From positions 224,001-288,000 of the IMG/VR virus record IMGVR_UViG_3300028840_006907: 64,000 nt of DNA; one strand, given 5' to 3'. The DNA is from a virus. Both the position numbers and the translations under genes were made by a program. Below, one piece after another: positions 37,221 through 47,317 of this stretch (position 1 is its first letter; each line of letters opens with the position of its first letter). The notes beneath the pieces are model-generated. The model made no database searches and was not told the DNA's origin. It saw only the letters and a program-made list of their open reading frames with translations.

Positions 37221-37736
37221 ATGTATAAAACAGCATTAGTATGTGGAGTCTGGGACAAATTGCATGAAGGGCATAAAAATATAATTAAATATTCTATAGA
37301 AAATTCTGAATTACTGAAAATTTTTGTATTAGAAATTAATATACATGATAGACATGAAGAGCCTTTTATACCTTATGAAGAAAGAAAAAAAACAGTCGAA
37401 AATTATGTCCTTTCTTTAGGGGCAAGAGATAAGGTACAAATAATAGGAAAAAAAGATGCTACGGAAGTTATGGTATTGGATGAATTGAGAACTGTAGATT
37501 GCGCCTTTGCTTGTGCTAAAGATAAAAATCAGCAAATTTTAGAAATGATAAAAATAACTCAAGATAGAGTTGCTAAATTAGAAGGCCCTGATGGACGTAA
37601 GCCATTTGTTATGGAATGGGTAGATCCTGTGAAAAATGATGAAGGAAAAATAATCTCTTCAAGTAAATACAGGAAAAAAAGCCGTTTAGAAAAAGAAAAG
37701 AGAGTAAATTCTTCAGGTGGATATGGTCGATTTTAA
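37221..37736 (+). CDS. putative nucleotidyltransferase (cytidylyltransferase-like HxGH family)
   Basis: N-terminal CGVWDKLHEGHKNII matches G.FD..H.GH signature; 171 aa. Confidence 0.45.
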   Translation: MYKTALVCGVWDKLHEGHKNIIKYSIENSELLKIFVLEINIHDRHEEPFIPYEERKKTVENYVLSLGARDKVQIIGKKDATEVMVLDELRTVDCAFACAKDKNQQILEMIKITQDRVAKLEGPDGRKPFVMEWVDPVKNDEGKIISSSKYRKKSRLEKEKRVNSSGGYGRF

Positions 37737-38959
37737 TGGCACAATATAAAGTTCGTACATCTAATGCTAACCAAGGCCAGTATATGAAAAATGCTGGCTC
37801 TCGAACTACTACTGGTCCATTACAATTTGGGAGATCTGGTAAAGGAACAGCAAATGATGTTCGAATAGCTTTAAGATGGCAACCAAATATAGATATGACT
37901 GGTAAATATATGATAGTTACTTCTGCCTATATTCGTGTTACAAGAGAGACTGAAGATACTGGCGCATTTACAGCTACAGTTAGAGTGCATAATGGTTCTG
38001 CTCCTGATTTATCTACAACTGATTTAGCTTGGGGTTATTCTGATATAGGTTATTCTCAATCATGGTCGATAGCAGATTCATGGAGTGCTGATACTGAATT
38101 TACTTCACCTGATATGAAAAGCGCAGTACAAGCTTGGTTTAATAGGAGTGCTCATTCAAGTACGGATTGGATTGGTTTCATTATTGATGATGGTGATTCT
38201 GCTGATGATGAATATAAAGGAGTCTATGATGCTGATCATTCTACTTCAAGTTATCGTCCTGAATTAGAAATAAATTATAAAATATATTCAGGAGGAGATA
38301 ATGGTGGATTATCTTTTACAGCATCGAGTTCTCAGTATTTGGAATCAGTTAGTAATATTACACCTCCTGCAACATCTTCAGTATCTTTTTGGATTTATTT
38401 AACTGAATTGAATCAATTTGGTCGAACTATTAGTCGATTTGCTTATGAAATTGGTCTATCAGATAATGCCGGATCTCCTCCTAATGGGATAGTTAATGCT
38501 ATGACTAGTGGAACTATACTTGTATCAAGTTCTCTTACAGTGAATACCCTTTATCATTGTGTTTGTACGGCCTCATCTACTGCTCGACAGATATATCTTA
38601 ATGGAGTATTGAATACTTCAGGAGGTGGTGGTACGGTATCAACAGCAGGGACTATGTGGATCGGGTCACAAGATGGTGTTGATTTTTTCCTATCTGGTCA
38701 TTTAGAAGATATACGAATTTATAATCGTATCCTTACATTAGCTGAAGTTCAAACTATTTATGCTTGCCAAGGCTCAGATAGTATTACTTATGGATTAATT
38801 CATAGATGGCTTATGAATGAGGGTCCGATAAGTTCGGTAGCAAGTGGTACTGGACTAGTAAAAGATTATGGGATAAATCAAGTAAATATGACTCCATTTA
38901 ATAGTCCAGTTTTTTTAGGAACTCAAATGAAAAATAGGAATAAGTATAGGACCCATTAG
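37736..38959 (+). CDS. LamG-like domain protein (paralog family)
   Basis: C-terminal FWIYLTELNQFGRT...IYLNGVL...LEDIRIYNRILTLAEVQTIYAC homologous to neighbours. Confidence 0.6.
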   Translation: MAQYKVRTSNANQGQYMKNAGSRTTTGPLQFGRSGKGTANDVRIALRWQPNIDMTGKYMIVTSAYIRVTRETEDTGAFTATVRVHNGSAPDLSTTDLAWGYSDIGYSQSWSIADSWSADTEFTSPDMKSAVQAWFNRSAHSSTDWIGFIIDDGDSADDEYKGVYDADHSTSSYRPELEINYKIYSGGDNGGLSFTASSSQYLESVSNITPPATSSVSFWIYLTELNQFGRTISRFAYEIGLSDNAGSPPNGIVNAMTSGTILVSSSLTVNTLYHCVCTASSTARQIYLNGVLNTSGGGGTVSTAGTMWIGSQDGVDFFLSGHLEDIRIYNRILTLAEVQTIYACQGSDSITYGLIHRWLMNEGPISSVASGTGLVKDYGINQVNMTPFNSPVFLGTQMKNRNKYRTH

Positions 38960-39048
38960 GTTGTAATAATGTATAAATATTTCATTAATAATATTACAGG
39001 AATATGTCGATTTTAAAAAGATTTGGATAAAAATAAGGAGATTTTAAA

Positions 39049-40779
39049 ATGGCAGATGTATTAAATAGAACAACGAAAGAACAGAGGTTCAGTGTTCATA
39101 CTCCCGATTATTCAGTAGTAGACTGGATAATAAATCCAGATCTATCCGGAGTGATTGGAGTCCCAGTAAAATATTGGAAAATAGATGGTGATGTTGTTTC
39201 AGAGATGAATCAATCTGAAAAAGATGCGGTTGATAGTGCTCTATTGCCTGGTATAAAAACAGCTAAAAAAGCTTCTTTAAGAACAGAGGGTGACCAATTA
39301 ATAGAAAATCAAGGCTATTCAGCAGGTAAACAAAGATCATTAATTTCTCAGCATTCTAAAAGTACTAAAATGAAACCCAAAAGAGAAAAGTATGTTAGAG
39401 ATTTTATGGATTGGATTGAGCAAGTAGATGAAGAAGTCGTATTAAAACAAGATTTGGTAGATGATCAGACTTCAGAAGCAGGAGTAAATTCTGTTATTTT
39501 AGATTCTGCAGGTCTTATTGCTGCTGATCCTGGTGTTACCATTTCAGGTACTCTTGATACTACAGATAGTTCTAGCTTAGATAATTATCTTGATACAAAT
39601 GCTGAAGTGACTGATCCATTAACCGGTATTGTAGGTCCGTGGGATCAAATGCAGATATTAAATCATCGACGTGAAATATATAATGACTCATCAAATCCAA
39701 TTTATTGGCCTGATAATACTGCCATTTTAGGTTCGGGAGGTTATTTAGAAGATCATGCCAATCGGATTAATAATCTTGAAGTGATTCATGGAAAGTTAGG
39801 TTGGCATAATCAATTAATAACTCAAGCGACTTATACTCGACCTAAAGATCTGCTCATTTATTATGGGTGGTTAAACTCTTATAATTCAGGAATTCTTTCT
39901 TGGAACAATGAGAGCGTGGCTCAGCATATGGCGAGATATAGTCTTCTTGTTTTTGGAGACGGTATTCAGGATCCTGGCCATGGAGATTATGCCAATACTC
40001 AAGTTATTGTTCCACGTGTAAAGGCTTTAAGTTGTTATTCTGAAATTTATGGCTATGTAACTGTTGATCAAACTTTTAGTGATTTTACTTCAAAAGTTGA
40101 TCAATGGGATACCTTACAAGTAGATGGAATATTTTTAGATGAAGCGGGTTATGATCATGGTCGGACTCGGGATGAATTTAATCAGAGAGTAGATTATGTC
40201 CATGGCAAAACTTATGCTAATAAATGTTTTGCTAATGCTTGGAATACAGATCATATTTTAGGAATAACCAATGATCCTAGTTATCCTGATTCTACATATA
40301 ATGACTCTTGTGCTGAATCTAATTTAACTTTAAACGATTGGATTCTTCTTGAAAGTTTTCCTGTCAATACTACAGCATATGCAGCAAATGATGGGTATGA
40401 ATCTATCAGTGATTGGGCCACAAGAGGAGTAAAAGCGAAAGATTTAAGAGCTACATATGGTGTAAATTTTGCCAGTGTTAGTATGATTTCCAATGACCAT
40501 ACAGATAATACTGCTTTATCTAACTTTGCCTTTACTTCTTCGATGATGTTTTCATTAGAAGGTCATGGAACCTCAGATACCAATTATGCTGCTAGTTCTG
40601 CTAGGGTTAATTATTTTCCTCGTCCAGATATCACACAAATGGGAGTTGTTTATAGCTTAAATTGTTCTGTCCAAATTGATGCGAATGATTCGTCAGTCTA
40701 TCATAGATATACACCGAATGCTAAAATGTCGTTAGATTTTTCTGATGGTGCTCATACAAGTACTATAGCAAAATTTTAA
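39049..40779 (+). CDS. hypothetical protein, paralog of 41276-42208 over its C-terminal ~300 aa
   Basis: Shared blocks LLIYYGWLN.YNS, VLVFGDGIQDP.HGD.ANTQ, DGIF.DEAGYD, NAWN.DHILGI. Confidence 0.55.
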   Translation: MADVLNRTTKEQRFSVHTPDYSVVDWIINPDLSGVIGVPVKYWKIDGDVVSEMNQSEKDAVDSALLPGIKTAKKASLRTEGDQLIENQGYSAGKQRSLISQHSKSTKMKPKREKYVRDFMDWIEQVDEEVVLKQDLVDDQTSEAGVNSVILDSAGLIAADPGVTISGTLDTTDSSSLDNYLDTNAEVTDPLTGIVGPWDQMQILNHRREIYNDSSNPIYWPDNTAILGSGGYLEDHANRINNLEVIHGKLGWHNQLITQATYTRPKDLLIYYGWLNSYNSGILSWNNESVAQHMARYSLLVFGDGIQDPGHGDYANTQVIVPRVKALSCYSEIYGYVTVDQTFSDFTSKVDQWDTLQVDGIFLDEAGYDHGRTRDEFNQRVDYVHGKTYANKCFANAWNTDHILGITNDPSYPDSTYNDSCAESNLTLNDWILLESFPVNTTAYAANDGYESISDWATRGVKAKDLRATYGVNFASVSMISNDHTDNTALSNFAFTSSMMFSLEGHGTSDTNYAASSARVNYFPRPDITQMGVVYSLNCSVQIDANDSSVYHRYTPNAKMSLDFSDGAHTSTIAKF

Positions 40780-40788
40780 GAGGATTTT

Positions 40789-41262
40789 ATGGATGTTTTA
40801 TTTGATGTTTATGATTCTGTTGGGGGTGTAGATGTTGATAGTGCTGTAACAGTATTATTTGATACTTCGAGATATATATGTAATAATGTGTCTTTATTAT
40901 CAGGAGAAATTAATATCTTACCTAATTCTCATAGTATAATTCCTCCAGACAATGATATCTTATTACTTATGGCAAAAGTTACAATAGATGCTGTTAGTGG
41001 GAATAATCAAACTCAAGCAAAGATATGGCTCGAAGTTGACACAGGTTCAGGTTATGTAGTGGTACCTGGAACTGATAGTTATTCTTATAGTATTTCAAAT
41101 AGTGTGGGTCATGGTACTGCTATTATAAATACCACATATCAAATTAGTAAATTAAATAAGATTATTTGTAAATTTAGAGTTAGAGCAGAAAAATCAGTGG
41201 GGAATAATTCTTTAAGTACACTAGCTCAAGCTAGTAATTTCATAGGTTTAATTAACGAATGA
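40789..41262 (+). CDS. hypothetical protein
   Basis: 157 aa ORF with RBS-like GAGG upstream. Confidence 0.45.
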   Translation: MDVLFDVYDSVGGVDVDSAVTVLFDTSRYICNNVSLLSGEINILPNSHSIIPPDNDILLLMAKVTIDAVSGNNQTQAKIWLEVDTGSGYVVVPGTDSYSYSISNSVGHGTAIINTTYQISKLNKIICKFRVRAEKSVGNNSLSTLAQASNFIGLINE

Positions 41263-41275
41263 GGGAGGATTATTT

Positions 41276-42208
41276 ATGAGACCAAAGAACCTGTTAATTT
41301 ATTATGGGTGGCTTAACGCTTATAATAGCGCAGAAAATCAATGGCAAAATGAGAACGTGGCGATTGACCTTTGTAAATATAATGTACTCGTTTTTGGAGA
41401 TGGGATTCAGGATCCAAGTCACGGGGATTTTGCAAATACTCAAGCAATACTCGCTCGAATCAGGGAATTAAACCCAGCTTCATTGATTTTCGGTTATGTG
41501 ACTGTAAACCAATCTATAACAGATTTTACTACAAAAGTAGTATTATGGAATGATCTTGAAGTTGACGGCATCTTTATGGATGAAGCAGGCTATGATTATG
41601 GGAAAAATCGTGCTGAGTTAAATAGTCGTATTGATGTTGTCCATAGTCAAGAGACAGCAAATACATGCTTTTTAAATGCTTGGAATATTGATCATATTCT
41701 TGGTATAGAAGAAGATTCAAATTTTCCTAATGCCACTTTTAATCCAGGTTTAGTAGATTCTAATGCTTATGAAGATGATTGGTATTTATTAGAAAGTTTT
41801 GCCGTTAATACTTCAGCTTATGGTACAAATGATGGGTATGCTAATGGAAGTGAATGGGTTGTTCGTGGAAATAAAGCTATAGAAAAACGAAAAGAATATG
41901 GTATAAAGTTAGCCTCAACTGGAATTATTAATGATGATAATCCTGAAGGTCAGAGTTTATTTGATTTTTGTTATAGGTCTGCATTGGCTTTTAGTTTAAA
42001 TGCCAATGGTACTTCGGATGCTTTTTATGGAGCTAGTTCTGCAGCTACTAAATATTGGGATCGTCCTAAACCTTATCATTTCACCAAAGAGGAAGAATTT
42101 TCTGTAGTGGAAGATCAGAAGACAGCTAATGCTTATATTAGATTTTTTCCATTCATGAAAGTAACTCTTAATTTCGGAACCAATAGTTCATCTATATTAA
42201 GATGGTAA
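41276..42208 (+). CDS. hypothetical protein, paralog of 39049-40779
   Basis: Same conserved blocks as 39049 gene; GAGGGAGG upstream. Confidence 0.55.
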   Translation: MRPKNLLIYYGWLNAYNSAENQWQNENVAIDLCKYNVLVFGDGIQDPSHGDFANTQAILARIRELNPASLIFGYVTVNQSITDFTTKVVLWNDLEVDGIFMDEAGYDYGKNRAELNSRIDVVHSQETANTCFLNAWNIDHILGIEEDSNFPNATFNPGLVDSNAYEDDWYLLESFAVNTSAYGTNDGYANGSEWVVRGNKAIEKRKEYGIKLASTGIINDDNPEGQSLFDFCYRSALAFSLNANGTSDAFYGASSAATKYWDRPKPYHFTKEEEFSVVEDQKTANAYIRFFPFMKVTLNFGTNSSSILRW

Positions 42209-42470
42209 GTTAATAATCTTTTGATACGAAAGCTATATATAGATAGTAATAAAATCCAAATAACAAATACAGATAGGAGATAGTATGAATCAGGTTGATA
42301 TTGAAAGAGAACGTCTTGCTTTTGATGAAAAAGTAGCACTTGCTGAATTAGAGGAAGCGAAAGCAAATCAGAGAGTGAAAGAAATTAAATATCAAAAAGC
42401 TCGTTTTTGTTTAGAAATTTTCGTAGCGAATGCTCGGGAAGAAACTCAAAAAACACAAGGATAGAATTTT

Positions 42471-42782
42471 ATGCCAGGAGAATTAAAAGATCCTGAACAA
42501 TCTATACCTTTTCACTATGACCCTAAATATGATCAAGTCCCTGGTGCTAATCAGCCAGGGGCTAGAAATACTGATGGGTATATAGAATCTATTATTATGG
42601 AGAATTTAGGGATAAGAGTCAGTCCTGAGAAGATGGAAATGATCATAGAAAAATTGGACGACAAAGGATTCTTTCATAGAAATCCGGGTAGTCAGGAGTT
42701 CAGGGATGAAGTGGTCAAACTAACTAAACGCTTTGTAATGGCGGGAAGGGTCGCTAGAAAATGCCTGATTTTAATAAATTGA
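42471..42782 (+). CDS. hypothetical protein
   Basis: 103 aa ORF. Confidence 0.4.
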   Translation: MPGELKDPEQSIPFHYDPKYDQVPGANQPGARNTDGYIESIIMENLGIRVSPEKMEMIIEKLDDKGFFHRNPGSQEFRDEVVKLTKRFVMAGRVARKCLILIN

Positions 42783-43141
42783 TAACTGAAATTGATGATG
42801 ATAGTAAAGACATAAAGATAAAATTAGGAAATTTATTTGAAAAATATGAAAATCTTTATCGGGAAGGGAATAGACAGTTTAGAACAGAGAGAATAGCTTC
42901 TGCTGGGTCAATGGATGGTCTGGAAGAATTTCGTCGTTTGATGCTTATTGTAAAAAGAAATAAGGATGTAGTGGCCTCGCTAATGCGGGGTATAGCTAAT
43001 TTTAGGTCTATTTCAAATTTTAAGTTTGTAGAAGAGGAAGTAGAAATTTCAAAACCGAAACCAAAGAAAACAAAGAAAGCTACTCCTGAAAAAGTGATCA
43101 TACCTATACCAATAGTAGCGGAGGAATTTAATGGCGAATAA
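42761..43141 (+). CDS. hypothetical protein
   Basis: 126 aa ORF overlapping neighbours by a few codons. Confidence 0.4.
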   Translation: MPDFNKLITEIDDDSKDIKIKLGNLFEKYENLYREGNRQFRTERIASAGSMDGLEEFRRLMLIVKRNKDVVASLMRGIANFRSISNFKFVEEEVEISKPKPKKTKKATPEKVIIPIPIVAEEFNGE

Positions 43142-46100
43142 ACGAATAAGAGTTGTAACAGCGCAAGATAATGTACCGAAACGGGCAACTCGAAGAAAAG
43201 TAGTCAGCAGGGATACTAATCCTAAGGTGACAAATCTTACAGATAATGAAAAAAGAGCCAGACGGATTGCTACAACAACATCTATGGGATTCGGTCTTCG
43301 TTCTGCAAGTGATATTGTAAATAGCAGTGAAGCAAACTTTTACTCCCCCCAATTAAGTACTGATTTTCTTGAGAAGCCACAGAATCTACGTGAACGTAGA
43401 GCCTTTTATAGATTCTTTTATAATACGAATGAAATTATCGGACAATCTATTGATATTCATTCCACATTACCTCTTTCGAAATTGCGTCTCGTTCCTCCAA
43501 AAGGGAGAAATAAACATCAGAACAATTACGTTTTTAAGTTTTTCCAAAAGATGTGTGATGAAATGAAGCTCTTTAAAACACTTATTGAGATAACTCATGA
43601 ATACTTTCTTTTTGGTAATTGCTTGGCTAAGTATGCCGAGGTAAAGACTCCCTTTGGGTATAAGGAAGCGAAAGAGATAGAAGTAGGTGACTTCTTATTG
43701 ACAGATAAAGGGCGCTATAGGAAAGTCTTGAAGAAATGTGTAAGACCTTCTGAAAATGTTCTCAAAGTTAAATGTTGGAAAGATTTTAGGGAATTACCTG
43801 TTTCTGAAGAACATCCTATAGAAATATTAAAAGATGATGGCTTTGTTTTTGCCCAAGCTGAGGAATTGTCCTTAAACGACTATATCCGAGTTACTTGGCC
43901 TACTGAAATATCTGATAAAGAATATGTTCCTTTTGAATTTACAGATAAATATACAAAAGTGGAAAATGGCTATGAGTTAAAATTTGAAGTACTGCGTACC
44001 AGAAATCCTCATGCTTTCCGTGCTCGAAAAGAATTATTATCATGGCTAAGTTCTTTATCTAAACCAGTAATAAGGACAAGAAAACAGTTGTCCGAAGATT
44101 TTGATGTTCCTCTTTCCACATTGAATAATGTGATTTATAAACTTGGGAAAGAACTTGATGTAAAATTTCATGAAAGAATAGGTGCTTCAGGTTTTCAAAA
44201 AGGTTCTCAAGTAAAATGGTTTCCTATTGAGGACATAGAAGTCACGGATTCCTATAGTATTCATAAAACCCTATTTTTAGATGCTATTGATGGAATTGAT
44301 ATCAATAATGATTTTGCGTATCTTGCAGGATATTGGTTGGGAGATGGCACTTTGGCTCGTGATTCGCAAAGAGGGACATGGGGTCGTGGTTTGTGGCAAA
44401 TTTCAGTAGACCAGGAATTTGAAGGTTTAAATCGGATACGAAGTATTTTACATAATTTTTTTGGTTCTGGTAATGTGATAGAATGGAATTCGGGTAATCT
44501 ACTTTATTTAAAAGTTATCTCAAATCCTGCTTTTTTAGAATGGTGGGCTGAAAATTTTGGTGAAACTTCTTTCGGTAGAAATTATAAAAGAATTCCTGAA
44601 TGGTTTATAAAACTTCCTATGGAAAAACTTCAAAATTTTCTGGCAGGTTTGATAGATTCAGATGGTTGTATTAGTGTGAGTGGTGAAAATCAGAAATGTA
44701 TAACGAATATCTCAATGGCGTCTCGAAATATAATGGATTCTGTAAGAGACATAACTTTAAAATGTGGTGTTGTAGTGAATTACAACGAAGGAACTGAAAG
44801 AGAAGTTACTTTACCACAGGGAGACAAATGTTTCTCAAAAAAAATGTATACTGTAACAGCCTCAGATGAAGAATCCTGTAAAATTTTAACTCAATATGCC
44901 ACAAAAAGTATACCTGTAGATGCCCAATTCTCAGAAATGGGAAGATATTGGATAAGAACTGATTCAGGTTTAGCCTTCAAAATTAAGTCTATAAAAACAG
45001 AAGAATATAATGATTTAGTATACAATTTTGAAGTAGAAGAAGACCATACCTATCAAGTAGCTGGTTTTAGTACTCATAATTGCTTTATTTTTGCTGAAGA
45101 AGATGATTGGAAGGAAGGTATAACTACCGAAAACATAGGACAGAAAAAAGAAGAGGCCAAACAACGTTCCCAGCTCCTTAAAGATAAATTTGATATTAAG
45201 GATAAGAATCCTCTTTATAAAGGATGGAAAAAGCTTCTTATACTTCCTCCTGACCAGGTTAGGGTTCGTAAACTTCCTCTTACTGATGAGGTAGCAATTG
45301 AATATATGCCTGATCCGGAAACTCGAAAATTTCTGACTTCTGATATACCAATTGATCCTACAGATCCTACAAGAAGGTTAGACTATTCTATTTCTAATGA
45401 ATTGCGGGAAAAAGTACGTCAAAGTGGGGTTATACCTTTGGATACCGATCCTTATACAGGTTCACATGTTTTTCATCTGGCAAGAAAGAAATCACAATAT
45501 GAGCCTCTTGGTGTATCTATCGTTGAGCGTTGCATAAATACTCTTGTTTTAATGGATAAATTGAGACAGGCTCAGACATCGATTGCATCGCGTCACATGA
45601 CTCCTATGCGTGTTGTATGGGCTGAGGACTTAAATTCGGATGATGTCGATAATTTACGTGAGCAGGTTGATCTTGCTTTAGTAGATCCTGATTTCAGTAT
45701 TATTGCCAATTATGAAATTCACTGGGAAGAAATGGGATCGAATGGCCGTTTATTAGATGTAGAAGCGGAAATGGAAAGCTCATTAAATAGATTATTTGCC
45801 GGATTAGGTGTGACTCGGGAAATGTTAACTGGTGAAGGTACTTATACAGGGAGTAGAGTTTCATTAGAAATAATGAATACTATGTATCTTCTTTTCCGTG
45901 AAGTGCTCCAGGATTATATAGAAAATACATTGTTTAAGCCTATAGCTAAAAAGAAGGGTTTTATAGAATATGATGAATATGGTAATGAGACACTTCTTTA
46001 TCCGAAAATCAGTTTTACCCGATTGGCTATTAGAGATAATGAGCAATATTTTGACGCAGCCTTTCAGTTATATCAGAAGGGTTCAATTTCCATCGATCTT

Positions 46101-46484
46101 ATTTTGGATATTCTTAATATTGATCCTGATGCGACCAGGGAAAAGATTGAACAAGATCTGTTTACTGTTAATGATAGTCTTTTCAATGAAATGATGAGAA
46201 ACCTTTATACAAATGTGGCTGCCCCACTTGTAGAGGAAACTAATGTTACTGAGAAATTGGCTAAATATCTTCATTTAGAAAAGACTGAAAAACCTGAGGC
46301 CACAGAAGGTGAATCTCGATTTAGTTCTGTTAATGGAAAGGATTACAGGAAAAAGCTTTCAAAAGTCATGAAATACTTTATTGATAATCCTGAAAAATTA
46401 AATTCCATTTTTGCAAAGAATGGACAGTTAAAACCTAAACAAGCGAGAAATAATCAATGCGTTGTCGCTCAATCCCGGAATTAA
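43131..46484 (+). CDS. putative portal protein interrupted by an intein (extein about 630 aa)
   Basis: AGGAAT/GGAGG upstream; host protein ~630 aa leads a head-gene cluster; intein motifs inside (see mobile_element). Confidence 0.5.
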   Translation: MANKRIRVVTAQDNVPKRATRRKVVSRDTNPKVTNLTDNEKRARRIATTTSMGFGLRSASDIVNSSEANFYSPQLSTDFLEKPQNLRERRAFYRFFYNTNEIIGQSIDIHSTLPLSKLRLVPPKGRNKHQNNYVFKFFQKMCDEMKLFKTLIEITHEYFLFGNCLAKYAEVKTPFGYKEAKEIEVGDFLLTDKGRYRKVLKKCVRPSENVLKVKCWKDFRELPVSEEHPIEILKDDGFVFAQAEELSLNDYIRVTWPTEISDKEYVPFEFTDKYTKVENGYELKFEVLRTRNPHAFRARKELLSWLSSLSKPVIRTRKQLSEDFDVPLSTLNNVIYKLGKELDVKFHERIGASGFQKGSQVKWFPIEDIEVTDSYSIHKTLFLDAIDGIDINNDFAYLAGYWLGDGTLARDSQRGTWGRGLWQISVDQEFEGLNRIRSILHNFFGSGNVIEWNSGNLLYLKVISNPAFLEWWAENFGETSFGRNYKRIPEWFIKLPMEKLQNFLAGLIDSDGCISVSGENQKCITNISMASRNIMDSVRDITLKCGVVVNYNEGTEREVTLPQGDKCFSKKMYTVTASDEESCKILTQYATKSIPVDAQFSEMGRYWIRTDSGLAFKIKSIKTEEYNDLVYNFEVEEDHTYQVAGFSTHNCFIFAEEDDWKEGITTENIGQKKEEAKQRSQLLKDKFDIKDKNPLYKGWKKLLILPPDQVRVRKLPLTDEVAIEYMPDPETRKFLTSDIPIDPTDPTRRLDYSISNELREKVRQSGVIPLDTDPYTGSHVFHLARKKSQYEPLGVSIVERCINTLVLMDKLRQAQTSIASRHMTPMRVVWAEDLNSDDVDNLREQVDLALVDPDFSIIANYEIHWEEMGSNGRLLDVEAEMESSLNRLFAGLGVTREMLTGEGTYTGSRVSLEIMNTMYLLFREVLQDYIENTLFKPIAKKKGFIEYDEYGNETLLYPKISFTRLAIRDNEQYFDAAFQLYQKGSISIDLILDILNIDPDATREKIEQDLFTVNDSLFNEMMRNLYTNVAAPLVEETNVTEKLAKYLHLEKTEKPEATEGESRFSSVNGKDYRKKLSKVMKYFIDNPEKLNSIFAKNGQLKPKQARNNQCVVAQSRN
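43620..45080 (+). mobile_element. intein (487 aa) with LAGLIDADG homing endonuclease domain, in frame within the putative portal gene
   Basis: N-terminal splice Cys (FGN/CLAKYAEV); block B SEEHP; two LAGLIDADG motifs (FAYLAGYWLGDGT and LQNFLAGLIDSDGCI); C-terminal block VYNFEVEEDHTYQVAGFSTHN followed by +1 Cys. Confidence 0.85.
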
Positions 46485-46816
46485 TCCGTTTAATTGCTAA
46501 AGAGATGGATAATGAGGGTGAGGTTGTTAAGAAGTTTAAGGCCAAACCAAAAAATAAACCTCCTCGTCGAAAGCCTTCTATTCAGAATGAAAGTAGTAAA
46601 TCTGATTATATGAAGAATTATATGGAAGAGTATCGGGGAGATGGTAAGGATTATCAAAAGAAGCCTGAATTGATAAAAGAACTTCGAAAGAAGCAAAGAG
46701 AACGTTTAAAGGGTAAAAAATTGCTAAAAGCTTCTGGTAATGTTGGCATAGGATCTAATACTCCTGTACGTGAATTATATATAACAGAGTCTTCTGATAT
46801 TCTATTTATAGATTAA
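46457..46816 (+). CDS. hypothetical basic protein
   Basis: 119 aa ORF. Confidence 0.4.
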   Translation: MRCRSIPELIRLIAKEMDNEGEVVKKFKAKPKNKPPRRKPSIQNESSKSDYMKNYMEEYRGDGKDYQKKPELIKELRKKQRERLKGKKLLKASGNVGIGSNTPVRELYITESSDILFID

Positions 46817-46834
46817 TAATCTTTTGATATTTAT

Positions 46835-47257
46835 TTGATTCTTCCAAGTTTAGAGAGAAGGAATAAAGGTATGTCGAAGAAAAAAGGTTTAGGACAACAT
46901 GTTGAGAAATCTCTTACTGTGATGGATGATCTAGCAAAGGGTTTAAAAGATTTTGCTCATATGCCTTTGAAAAAAGGTTTAGTTTCAAACGATACCTATG
47001 ACGATGATATAGGGAAATTAATTAATAGTGCTAAGGAAGAGGCTTTTGCCCTTATTAATAAAATCGATGATTTAAAGCATAAAGTAAAGGGTATGAAGAA
47101 AAAGCACAATAGCCGTTTTGCTAGAAATGTTGTAGCTCGTTTTCTTGAGTCTAAGACTGAGATGGAAGAGTGGGTAAAAACGGTTAAAGAAGAAAAAGTT
47201 AGTGAAGATCCTGAAAAATGGGTAAAAACAGTCAAAGAGAAAAAGGTTCAGAAATAA
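46835..47257 (+). CDS. hypothetical protein
   Basis: 140 aa ORF; GAGAGAAGGAATAAAGG upstream. Confidence 0.45.
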   Translation: MILPSLERRNKGMSKKKGLGQHVEKSLTVMDDLAKGLKDFAHMPLKKGLVSNDTYDDDIGKLINSAKEEAFALINKIDDLKHKVKGMKKKHNSRFARNVVARFLESKTEMEEWVKTVKEEKVSEDPEKWVKTVKEKKVQK

Positions 47258-47317
47258 GATTAATAATCTTCTAATAATGCTTTAAAAGGCAACAATAATA
47301 AATAAAGGTATTTAGCG

